From: an uncultured Nitrososphaerota archaeon
GTDB lineage: Archaea; Korarchaeota; Korarchaeia; Korarchaeales; Korarchaeaceae
Assembly (NCBI GenBank): GCA_964618805.1
Contig: CAZUBM010000020.1
Span: forward strand, 1-36,217
Length of the DNA stretch: 36,217 nt
Reading direction: 5' to 3'
Below the pieces are notes generated by a model, which saw only the letters and a list, made by a program, of their open reading frames with translations, was not told where the DNA came from and ran no database searches. Made by a program: the position numbers and the translations under genes. Below are positions 27,794-36,217 of the stretch, in pieces; position 1 is the stretch's first letter, and each line of letters begins with the position of its first letter.

Positions 27794-28870
27794 TTAAAAC
27801 GATAGAACGAATTCAGCCAATATCTTTGAGGCATGTACTATGTCCTTTAGATCAGCTACCTCTACACCGCTATGCATATATCTTAACGGAATTGATAGGA
27901 GGGCTGTTTTAATCCCTCCTCTTGCTATCTGAATCGCCCAAGTATCTGTACCTGCCCCACGGGGAGAAGGTTCTATTTGGAAAGGCGATTTGATCTTATC
28001 TGCTGCGTTTCTTAACTTCTCCACGATTATTGGATGATAAACCGGGCCAACCGCTATGGCAGGCCCTTTTCCTAGAGTTGTCACGACCTTATCTTTAATG
28101 GGCGGAGTTGCTGCATGAGTCACGTCCACGACTATAGCAGCATCTGGCTTGAGATTGTAACCAATCATACTCGCTCCTCTAAGCCCAATTTCTTCCTGAA
28201 CCGTAGCAACTACATCAAGTTCTACCTTTAGCTCAGACTTCTTTTCGAAAACCCTTTTAGCAGCCATTATAATAGAAGCAACTCCTGCTTTATCATCAAA
28301 TGCCATGCCAGTAACCCTCGTGCCAGATAGCTTTGAAAAATCGCCTGTCAATAGGGCATAATTTCCTACCTCTATCCCTAGCTTCTCGACCTCTTCTTTA
28401 CTATCTGCTCCAACATCAACCAGCAAATCCTCCAGTTTAATCTCCTTAGCCTGTTCCTTTTTCCTTAAATGAGGCGGAACACTTCCTATAACTCCAAGGA
28501 TTGGTCCTTTCTTCCCTAAGATGAGTATTCTTTGCCCATAGGGAACGGATGCATCCCATCCTCCAACTTGATCGATTTTAAGGAAACCTTCCTCTGTAAT
28601 GCTCTTTATCATGAACCCGATCTGGTCTATATGAGCAACTAAAGCGACCTTCCTCTCAGTTCCTGGATTTAGCTTTCCGATATGGTTAAACCATTCGTCA
28701 GTTTGGAACTCATCTACATAAGGAGATAGAAGTTTTTTCAGCACTTCGCCCGCCTTAGATTCAGTTCCTGTCACTGTAGGAACCTCAACAAGTTGCCTCA
28801 AAATTTCACTCGCTTCCTCAATTTCTCTCTCTTCTACTCCTACAGATTCCTCCAAGATAACACCCTTCAA
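27794..28870 (-). CDS. M42 family aminopeptidase (TET-like)
   Basis: AHIDQIG, AFDDKAG, QEEIGLRGA, VDVTHA, GTD, LRYMHS metal-ligand motifs. Confidence 0.93.
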   Translation of the reverse strand: MKGVILEESVGVEEREIEEASEILRQLVEVPTVTGTESKAGEVLKKLLSPYVDEFQTDEWFNHIGKLNPGTERKVALVAHIDQIGFMIKSITEEGFLKIDQVGGWDASVPYGQRILILGKKGPILGVIGSVPPHLRKKEQAKEIKLEDLLVDVGADSKEEVEKLGIEVGNYALLTGDFSKLSGTRVTGMAFDDKAGVASIIMAAKRVFEKKSELKVELDVVATVQEEIGLRGASMIGYNLKPDAAIVVDVTHAATPPIKDKVVTTLGKGPAIAVGPVYHPIIVEKLRNAADKIKSPFQIEPSPRGAGTDTWAIQIARGGIKTALLSIPLRYMHSGVEVADLKDIVHASKILAEFVLSF

Positions 28871-29007
28871 AATAGTTAGCTAAAATGTTTAGATTTTTCT
28901 GATTGTCATGAACCTGCAATACCTTACGGATGAGAAGGAAATAGAGAAACAACACGATAGCTTCAACTTACTAGCCTGCTCCTGTGTTAACGACCGAATA
29001 GTAATGA

Positions 29008-30309
29008 TTAGGGTTTACTTCGAGAAGACGCTTCCTTTAACACTTCCTCCTCATCCATCGATAACACTTTCCTTTCCTTCATCAAAATCTTTCCATCCAC
29101 TATTACGGTGCTAATATCGTTTCCAGAGGAAGAAAAGACCAAATTCGAGACGAGATCATTGAGAGGGACCAGTCTTGGAGCTTTCAGGCTAACAAGGATT
29201 ATATCAGCCCTCTTCCCTCTCTCTATGGAACCGATCTCGTCCTCCATTCCAATGGCACGTGCAGCATTAATGGTAGCCATCTCAATGACATCCAATGCCC
29301 TTATTGCTGTAGGATCTAGAAGGCGAGCTCTCTGTAAGAAACACGTCAACCTCATTTCCTCGAACATATCCAAATCATCGTTACTAGCGCACCCATCGGT
29401 TCCTATTGAGACGTTTACTCCCTCAGAAATCAATTCCTTAACTGGAGCAATTCCAGAACCAAGTTTTGCGTTACTACTCGGACAATGGGATACAGAAACT
29501 CCCCTTTTGGCCAATATCTTCATTTCTTCATCTGAGAGCCAAACGCAGTGAGCTGCAAGCACATTTGGACTAAGAAATCTGAGAGACTCCAGATACTCTA
29601 CTGGTCTCATTCCAGTAAGCTCCTTTACCTTTTTAACTTCTGATTTCGTCTCAGAAAGGTGTATGTTTAGCATTAGGTTCATTTCATCTGCCAAGGCTTT
29701 TGAAGCCAACAGGAGTTCTTTAGAACACGTATATGTGGCATGAGGAGCTATCATGCACCTTATTCTTCCTTCACCCGCCCCATGCCACCTTCTAACGAAT
29801 CCTTCTGTTATCCTCAACTCTTTTTCTCTCTTATCCTCTGAGCCTAGATCTATCATTCCATAAGAGAGAAATGCCCTAAGACCTGAGTCTAGAACAGCTC
29901 TAGCCACAGCATCCTCCTCCAGATACATGTCCACAAAGCAAGTGGTTCCAGACCTTATCATCTCTAGACAAGCAAGCATGGTCCCCCAATAGATGTCTTC
30001 TGCGGTTAACTTCGCTTCTCTAGGCCATATAGCTTCCTCTAACCACTTATTGAGGGGCAGGGCATCGCCAATCCCTCTCAAAAGGGTCATAGGTGCATGA
30101 GTGTGGGTGTTAATAAGCCCAGGCAGTGCACACATCCCTTTACCATTCAAAACTTCTTCTGCGTTAAAATTCGGCCTTTCTTCCATCCTTCCAAAATCCT
30201 TTATCCTTCCATCCGATATAGCAATGAATCCATTCTTAATGACTGATCCTTTAGGAACAACTGGTAAAATCATGACATTCTCGATTAAAAGGTCAATCTC
30301 TCGTCTCAT
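29008..30309 (-). CDS. mtaD: 5'-methylthioadenosine/S-adenosylhomocysteine deaminase family amidohydrolase
   Basis: NTHTHAPMTLLRG, DMY, APHATYTC, HLSET, AAHCVWL, SNAKLGSG, GTDGCASN. Confidence 0.82.
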   Translation of the reverse strand: MRREIDLLIENVMILPVVPKGSVIKNGFIAISDGRIKDFGRMEERPNFNAEEVLNGKGMCALPGLINTHTHAPMTLLRGIGDALPLNKWLEEAIWPREAKLTAEDIYWGTMLACLEMIRSGTTCFVDMYLEEDAVARAVLDSGLRAFLSYGMIDLGSEDKREKELRITEGFVRRWHGAGEGRIRCMIAPHATYTCSKELLLASKALADEMNLMLNIHLSETKSEVKKVKELTGMRPVEYLESLRFLSPNVLAAHCVWLSDEEMKILAKRGVSVSHCPSSNAKLGSGIAPVKELISEGVNVSIGTDGCASNDDLDMFEEMRLTCFLQRARLLDPTAIRALDVIEMATINAARAIGMEDEIGSIERGKRADIILVSLKAPRLVPLNDLVSNLVFSSSGNDISTVIVDGKILMKERKVLSMDEEEVLKEASSRSKP

Positions 30310-30443
30310 CCATGATAAATCTATGTTCTAAAATAAAAGCCTTGAAGAACAGAGCGATATGAGCTATCTATCTTCTATAACTCCATTATAAATCAGCAAC
30401 AAGGTTTACGCAAGAAGGATCACCAATTTTTTATTCATAAATC

Positions 30444-31244
30444 ATGTGGCTTTTCATCATGCGATCTCTGACTAAAAAAGTAAACACAGTACTCAGATTC
30501 ATTAGATTTAAGGAGTACTCAAGTAGCCTTCTAGCCATTCCCCTTCTTATCTGGCTAATTTCTCCAAAAGAGCTCTTTATCATGAAAACCGCTCTAGTAT
30601 TAACGGCCAACACCTGTTTAACTGCTTTCACCTTCTCGTTTAATGATCTAGAGGACGCAGAAGACGATTTATATGATCTAGTGAAGAGAGAAAGGAACGT
30701 GATAGCTAACAAATCGCTTGAAAAGAAGTGGGCCTACTTGATATGCGGATCTCTCCTCCTTACCGGTCTTGCCATCCTCTACTTCGTTGATCCTCGATTA
30801 ACTATGATGGCTTCCATACTTTCCTTGAACTCCTTCTTTTACTCTTGGAGAGAGATTAGATTTAAGTCAGTTCCTTTCATAGACTTGGTTTCTCATGCAC
30901 TAGCTATAGGAATCCAGCAGTTGTTAATAACATATTCTGCGTTTAAACCAATAAATTCCGGAATACTTCCATACATCGGCCTTGTAACTTCCTTTTCCTT
31001 TGCAACACAGCTTTCTCAAGAATTAAGGGACTACAAAGTGGATGAAATTACGAGGGTAAGAACCACAGCTCACATACTTGGTGAAAGAGGCACACTGATC
31101 TTGATCATAATTTTCAGCTCAATACCTACATTCACTGCACTGTTTCTACCAAAACCTCTCCCATATCTGGCCCCAATAATGGCCCCTGCATATCTCTTAC
31201 ACTTAAATAAGAGATTAGGGCTTCCTCTTGAGAAATTTCTTTGA
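30444..31244 (+). CDS. UbiA prenyltransferase family membrane protein
   Basis: Asp-rich NDLEDAEDD and RDYKVD motifs, FYS...RFKSVPFIDL, multiple TMs. Confidence 0.85.
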   Translation: MWLFIMRSLTKKVNTVLRFIRFKEYSSSLLAIPLLIWLISPKELFIMKTALVLTANTCLTAFTFSFNDLEDAEDDLYDLVKRERNVIANKSLEKKWAYLICGSLLLTGLAILYFVDPRLTMMASILSLNSFFYSWREIRFKSVPFIDLVSHALAIGIQQLLITYSAFKPINSGILPYIGLVTSFSFATQLSQELRDYKVDEITRVRTTAHILGERGTLILIIIFSSIPTFTALFLPKPLPYLAPIMAPAYLLHLNKRLGLPLEKFL

Positions 31245-31307
31245 ATTAAACTGTTGAAAGGAGGATATGTTAAAAAAAGAAAAAGTATCTAAATTAGGGA
31301 GGGTAGA

Positions 31308-31627
31308 TTAATATCCGGATCTCCTTTCGGGATGAACAGAGCTTGATCTGTATAATCCTAGAAATAGGAGGCCATTATTGCCAACCCCCTCCTTCATAAC
31401 CCTAAAGCCTATCTCTTCTGCAGCAAGCTTTAGTTCAGTTATGTATGACAAGATCTCGAACTTTTGAGAGAAATTCATTTTCTCGAGCGGTATCTTGATT
31501 CTACCGATCGTAATAAGATCCCCACGCCTTGTACTCCTGCGAAGTTCCATTAGCTTTTTTCTAAACTCATCTACGCTGTCAAAGAACTTTACAAGCAGTT
31601 TTTCTTCGTTTTCATCATTTTACCCAA
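31308..31627 (-). CDS. Hypothetical protein; 5' end uncertain
   Basis: ORF 31308-31550 is open upstream to about 31619 (NDENEEKLLVKFFDSVDEFRKKL). TTG 31627 would be in frame if the A4 run (31618-31621) were A5. Confidence 0.5.
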
Positions 31628-31670
31628 TTAGAAGTTATAAAATAAGCTTTTCTGCGTGGCTTTCGAGGGC

Positions 31671-31730
31671 GTATGCGGAACTTTATGGAAATTCATGGAA
31701 AAATGTTGAAACCTGTAGAAACTAATGGAA
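31671..31730. repeat. Six degenerate tandem 10-bp units, each ending in GAA
   Basis: gtatgcggaa ctttatggaa attcatggaa aaatgttgaa acctgtagaa actaatggaa. Confidence 0.75.
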
Positions 31731-31802
31731 TGTAAAAAAGTTTTAAATCATAATCATTTAAACTTAGATTTCTTCCTCAAGAGGACTTAAGTCTTAATAT
31801 AA

Positions 31803-32498
31803 TCACTTGGAGTTAGTTGCACTTCCAAAATCGCATAACCTCTTTATTGGGCATTTAGAGCAAAGCGGCTTTTTGGATCTACAATAAGTCCTTCCAAGCT
31901 TAATAAAGAGGAGATGCACCTTCAGATAATCTGCAGGGTCAAAATTGGCCATAAGACTCTCTCTAACTACTTCATATCCTCCGGACTTTGGTACAAGCCC
32001 TATCCTCTTTGACACTCTCATGACGTGAGTATCTACTGGAATAGTGGGAAGTCCAAGTGAAAATAGAAGCAGGACATCTGCAGTTTTAGGGCCAATCCCA
32101 GGCATTGAGATCAATTCCCTCCGAGCACTCTCTAAGGGTTTCTTCAGAATTTTTTCCAACTTCCCTCTGTACTTGTTCATTATGATATCAGAGACTATCT
32201 TAATCGTCTTAGCTTTCTGTGCTTGCAGGCCTGCGGGCCTAATGGCATCCATAATCTCCTCAAGACTTGCCTTTGAAAGCACCTCTGGCTTTATATTAAA
32301 TTTGGATTCTAAACGCTCCAAAGCTACTTTGGAGTTCCTATCATTTGTGTTTTGTGAAAGTATGGTTGCAACCAAGATCTTAAAAGGATCACCAGATCTC
32401 CTCGCGATTAACGCCACAAACTCCCTGTACTCTAAGGAAAATTCTCTCTCAAGCAGCTTTAGTATTTCTTGAGTTCTATGTCCAGTTGCAAGAGGCAC
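31803..32498 (-). CDS. nth: Endonuclease III (HhH-GPD DNA glycosylase/AP lyase)
   Basis: ILSQNTND, MPGIGPKTADV (HhH with Lys), PVDTHV, Fe-S motif CRSKKPLCSKCPIKRLC. Confidence 0.93.
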   Translation of the reverse strand: MPLATGHRTQEILKLLEREFSLEYREFVALIARRSGDPFKILVATILSQNTNDRNSKVALERLESKFNIKPEVLSKASLEEIMDAIRPAGLQAQKAKTIKIVSDIIMNKYRGKLEKILKKPLESARRELISMPGIGPKTADVLLLFSLGLPTIPVDTHVMRVSKRIGLVPKSGGYEVVRESLMANFDPADYLKVHLLFIKLGRTYCRSKKPLCSKCPIKRLCDFGSATNSK

Positions 32499-32699
32499 TT
32501 ACATCACACCTAAGTCAATGATCTAAATACTCAGGTCCTCGCTTATGGAAACTTAAATCAGAATAATATATTAACTGATTCTTCTCTTAGCTTAGGTCAA
32601 TTAAAGAGTTTCTTTTTAAGATACTCTTAATTTTATTGTTAGGAGTGTGCTCTGCCTTCTTTCATTTATTAATGTTAGCACTCATTCTCTTGAAGAACC

Positions 32700-33686
32700 T
32701 TGTTTGCCCGTGAGTTCTCACTTTATGGCTTTGATCCCTCGCTTATAGAAGAACGTTCTCTTAGCCCCTCAGAATTCTTAGTGGGCCACGGTTTTTCCTC
32801 GGTTTTCGTAAAAGATGATAAAAAACTTATTGAAGATCTTAGAAGGGCAGGAATTTCTGTTTATTTAGAAGTACCATTGTTTGTGGGAGATCGGCTTTGG
32901 AAGAAGTTCCCAAGGAGCAGGCCCATTACCGAAGAGGGAGTTCCGCTTCAAATGCTGGAGTGGTACGCTGGAGTTAATCCAGCAATCCCAGAAGTAAGGA
33001 ATTTTTGCCTAGATAGGATCAGGAAAGCAGCTAGACTCCCTGTAGATGGCGTTTGGCTAGACTTCATTAGATGGCCGTGCAGGTGGGAATCTCCTTCTCC
33101 AAGACTAATTCAGACTTCCTTCGATGATTTAACCATAGAACTTTTTTCAAAGGAAACAGGCATTGAAATTCCTTACATAACTCCCAGAGAGAGGGCTCTG
33201 TTTATCATTAAAAACCACTTAAAAGAGTGGACTGATTGGAAGTGCAGGCAAATTACATCTTTCGTTTCAGAAGCTAGAGATATTTTGGGTAAGAAGAAAC
33301 TCGGTGTTTTCCTTGTCCCCTGGAGGTTTAAGGATTATAACGGAGCAAGTAGATCCATCATAGGGCAAGACGTCGAGGAACTCAGAGAATATGTGGATGT
33401 CTTTTCTCCAATGGTCTATCATGCTATGTGCGGAAGACCAGTCGAGTGGATATCTGAGATAGCATCATGGGTTTGGAATAAGACCGGTAAGGAAGTTCTT
33501 CCCATGATACAAGTAGCAGAAATACCAAGACCTCTCAGCGAGCGAGAGATAGAACTGGCCATAGAAGCGGCTATAAGTGCAAAAGGATCATCTGGAGTTA
33601 TAATTTTCTCATTTAGCCATTTAAATACGAAAAAACTAAAAATTATCGCGAAAAAGGCAAGAAGTTGCAGAGATCAGCCTTTTTAA
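32700..33686 (+). CDS. Glycoside-hydrolase-like TIM-barrel protein (GHL10-like)
   Basis: VNPAIPEVR, VDGVWLDFIRW, WTDWKCRQIT, GQD, VDVFSPMVY motifs; no signal peptide. Confidence 0.65.
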   Translation: MFAREFSLYGFDPSLIEERSLSPSEFLVGHGFSSVFVKDDKKLIEDLRRAGISVYLEVPLFVGDRLWKKFPRSRPITEEGVPLQMLEWYAGVNPAIPEVRNFCLDRIRKAARLPVDGVWLDFIRWPCRWESPSPRLIQTSFDDLTIELFSKETGIEIPYITPRERALFIIKNHLKEWTDWKCRQITSFVSEARDILGKKKLGVFLVPWRFKDYNGASRSIIGQDVEELREYVDVFSPMVYHAMCGRPVEWISEIASWVWNKTGKEVLPMIQVAEIPRPLSEREIELAIEAAISAKGSSGVIIFSFSHLNTKKLKIIAKKARSCRDQPF

Positions 33687-33886
33687 CCGTTTTTTCTCCC
33701 TATGTATTCGACTTTAATCGCCCCAATCTGGCAGCTCTTCACACAGTCCTCGCATCCATGGCAGCTTTCAAGATCTACAGGATAAGGAGTTTCGTCTATA
33801 ATTTCTAGAACTCCCATAGAACAGGCTTTAACGCAATTACCACATCCCCTGCAGAGTTCATAATCTATCATAACTCGATAGAGCAT
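33683..33886 (-). CDS. 2x[4Fe-4S] ferredoxin
   Basis: CRGCGNCVKAC and CHGCEDCVKSC; start probably ATG 33886. Confidence 0.9.
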   Translation of the reverse strand: MLYRVMIDYELCRGCGNCVKACSMGVLEIIDETPYPVDLESCHGCEDCVKSCQIGAIKVEYIGRKNG

Positions 33887-34041
33887 CCGTCTGCAATTTC
33901 TATTATCCATAAAAAACTCTATCTTCTTTAGAAGGTTCTTAGGTGAAGCTTGCTGGGTAAATTGATAACTGCTAGAAGGGATCTAAATGAATTTTTCTGA
34001 ACTCCATTAAGATATTAAGTAATACAAGTAAACCTCCCTAG

Positions 34042-34488
34042 ATGTGGCTAGGTCACATATTGTCCGCACTTCTAATAGCATCATTCTCTTTTACCAAGGA
34101 GAACTTAGCGATAGCTCTCCTATTCAATTGGCTACCTAATATCGATGCTCTCTTTGTGAAAGCAGGAGTTAAACCAACAGAATTTCATGATGGACCTACC
34201 CACAGCTTTTTATTCGCCCTCGCTGCTGGATTGATCATGGCTCTAATAAGCATAGAGAAGGGAATTCTTTCTTTTTTGTCAGTTATAGCACATTTAATTT
34301 GCGATCTACCAACAGATAAAGGCATTCCCCTTTTCTATCCTATAAAAAGAAGATTTTCACTAAACCTTTGGAAAGAGACCGGTTTTCTCGGAAAAGAGAG
34401 CATTTATGGTTTCTACAAGCAGAGATCTGCATTACTATCTGAAATACTGCTCCTAGTTCTTCTGATATTTAGGCTACTTTACTTCTAG
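34042..34488 (+). CDS. Membrane-bound metal-dependent hydrolase (YdjM-like)
   Basis: GH, LPNID, HDGPTHS, HLICD, GIPLFYP motifs with hydrophobic helices. Confidence 0.82.
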   Translation: MWLGHILSALLIASFSFTKENLAIALLFNWLPNIDALFVKAGVKPTEFHDGPTHSFLFALAAGLIMALISIEKGILSFLSVIAHLICDLPTDKGIPLFYPIKRRFSLNLWKETGFLGKESIYGFYKQRSALLSEILLLVLLIFRLLYF

Positions 34489-34547
34489 GTGAAATTCACG
34501 TCAGTTAAAGATATAGAATATACTGTCAAGCTTAAAGTGGTGAATTT

Positions 34548-36217
34548 ATGCAAGGAGGAAGGAGTAGGTTATGGGAAGTAGAGAGATCTCTTGTGGATGT
34601 AGCGATGGGAAGGTCAAAAGCAGATCTTGTTATAAAGAACGGGACTCTTGTGAATGTTTTCACAAAGGAACTTATAGAAGAAGTTGATGTTGCCATAAAA
34701 GGCGATAGAATAGCGCTGGTGGGAAAAGCTGAACATGCGATAGGTCCTGAAACCCAAGTAATAGATGCTAGGGGCAGATATCTTATCCCTGGCTTCTTAG
34801 ATGGTCATGTACATATAGAAAGCAGCATGGTGACAGTTACACAATTTGCCAGAGCAGTTCTACCTCATGGAACTACAGCGGTGTTCATTGATCCACATGA
34901 GATTGCCAATGTCTTGGGGTTAGAAGGGATCAAACTTATTCTGGATGAGGCTAAAGGGCTTCCCTTAAAGGTTTATGTTTCGGTACCATCTTGCGTTCCT
35001 GCATCCTCTCCTGAATTTGAGACAGCAGGAGCAGAGATAGGCCCTGTAGAAATCGAGGAAGCTATGAAATGGGAGGGCGTAGTGGCCCTAGGAGAGGTGA
35101 TGAACTACCCTGGCGTGATCTATGGAGATGAGAAGATGCACAGCGAGATACAAATATCACTAAGACTTGGAAAAGTAGTTGAGGGACATTGGGCAGGACC
35201 CCTTGGATCTGAGCTTTCAGCCTACGTTGCATCTGGAATAAGCTCATGTCATGAGTCAACTACAAAGGAGATGGGTCTTGCTAAAGCTAGGCTCGGGATG
35301 TACACAATGATTAGAGAAGGATCTGCTTGGAAAGACCTGGCCGACGTGATAAAGATCGTTACCGAAGGAGGGATCGATGCTAGGAGGATCTGTCTAGTTA
35401 CTGATGACAGACATCCGCAGGACCTAGTATCCGAAGGACACATAGATTATGTTGTTAGGAGGGCTATTGAGGAGGGGGTAGATCCGATTACAGCAATCCA
35501 AATGGCGACAATAAACACAGCTGAGCATTTTAATCGAGATCAAGATATTGGAGCAATATCTCCCGGCAAATTCGGAGATATCTTAATTCTAGATGATCTA
35601 AAAAGGATTGAAATAAGTCTTGTCGTGGCAAATGGGGAAGTTATAGCCAAGGAAGGCAAGTTAGTTGTGGATATGAGGCCTCCATCTTATCCTAGCTTTG
35701 CAAAGAACACAGTTAGGGTGAAGAAAAGGCCAACTGCCTCCGATTTTGAAATAAGAGCTCCAATTGATGAAGGATTGGTTAAGGTACACGTAATAGGAAT
35801 TCTTGAGGGGAAGGTAAACACGAAACACTTAATTGAGGAGCTAAAAGTGATGGAAGGGAAAATAATGTCGAATCCTGAGGAAGATATAGCCAAAGTTGCT
35901 GTAATAGAGAGGCATAAACTCACTGGTAACATAGGAAAGGGCTTTGTAAAAGGCTTTGGATTCAAGAAAGGGGCAGTTGCTTCTACGGTCGCACACGACA
36001 GCCATAATCTGCTTATTGTGGGTACAAACGATAGAGATATGGCTATAGCAGCCAATAAGCTTATAGATGTTGGTGGAGGGATGGTTTCAGTTTCTGATGG
36101 CGGAATCATTTCCTTAGTTGAACTTCCGATAGCAGGTATAATGTCAGATCAACCCGTAGAAGAAGTAGCAGAAAAAGTTGAGAAACTGGAAAGGGCATGG
36201 AGAGAGCTTGGCTGCAA
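34548..36217 (+). CDS. ade: Adenine deaminase, 3' end outside window (absent from the ORF track)
   Basis: ATG 34548 after GGTGA SD; ADLVIKNG, PGFLDGHVHIESSM, DPHEIANV, EVMNYPG, REGSA, TDDRHP, ASTVAHDSHN, LPIAGIMS; the last codons of the window are in frame with the start. Confidence 0.95.
   Translation, partial: MQGGRSRLWEVERSLVDVAMGRSKADLVIKNGTLVNVFTKELIEEVDVAIKGDRIALVGKAEHAIGPETQVIDARGRYLIPGFLDGHVHIESSMVTVTQFARAVLPHGTTAVFIDPHEIANVLGLEGIKLILDEAKGLPLKVYVSVPSCVPASSPEFETAGAEIGPVEIEEAMKWEGVVALGEVMNYPGVIYGDEKMHSEIQISLRLGKVVEGHWAGPLGSELSAYVASGISSCHESTTKEMGLAKARLGMYTMIREGSAWKDLADVIKIVTEGGIDARRICLVTDDRHPQDLVSEGHIDYVVRRAIEEGVDPITAIQMATINTAEHFNRDQDIGAISPGKFGDILILDDLKRIEISLVVANGEVIAKEGKLVVDMRPPSYPSFAKNTVRVKKRPTASDFEIRAPIDEGLVKVHVIGILEGKVNTKHLIEELKVMEGKIMSNPEEDIAKVAVIERHKLTGNIGKGFVKGFGFKKGAVASTVAHDSHNLLIVGTNDRDMAIAANKLIDVGGGMVSVSDGGIISLVELPIAGIMSDQPVEEVAEKVEKLERAWRELGC

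Noticed and set aside
28908-29114. 68-aa plus-strand ORF between the M42 and mtaD genes
   Set aside because: Overlaps the mtaD 3' end antisense and has no recognisable features.
31671-31730. CRISPR array interpretation of the repeat
   Set aside because: Units are 10 bp, degenerate and without spacers; no cas genes are present.
409-32472. Numerous short antisense or overlapping ORFs (e.g. 3484-3804, 13186-13545, 17251-17706, 29108-29551, 32044-32472)
   Set aside because: They lie opposite well-supported genes, are mostly Ser/Phe-rich as expected of shadows, and have no motifs.
35062-36109. Minus-strand ORFs 35062-35259, 35249-35443 and 35687-36109
   Set aside because: Antisense shadows of the adenine deaminase gene on the plus strand.

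Overview
Archaeal chromosomal window. The archaeal-type FEN1, BRE/TATA-like promoters, GGTGA/GAGGTGA Shine-Dalgarno sites and frequent TTG/GTG starts support this; the lineage cannot be fixed from sequence alone. It holds about 35 genes: peptide/amino-acid catabolism (M20, M55/DppA, M42, amidohydrolase, D-cysteine desulfhydrase family), transporters (two ABC-2 exporters, two MFS, one APC), DNA repair (FEN1, DUF72-SWIM fusion, endonuclease III), purine salvage (MTA/SAH deaminase, adenine deaminase running off the right end) and flavoproteins. I saw no rRNA, tRNA, CRISPR array or transposase. Highlights: (1) a DUF72 TIM-barrel fused to a His-variant SWIM zinc finger and tightly coupled to fen1; (2) an uncharacterised three-gene operon (two proteins sharing one helical motif, one membrane-anchored, plus a coiled-coil/wHTH protein) with a perfect palindrome beside its promoter; (3) a membrane-spanning wHTH regulator next to a cell-wall-binding-repeat surface protein; (4) a 6 x 10-bp helically phased GAA array at 31671-31730; (5) many gene lesions (frameshifts, in-frame stops, internal deletions, including a collapsed peptidase remnant) confined to accessory genes. 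All family assignments come from motif recognition by eye, not database searches.
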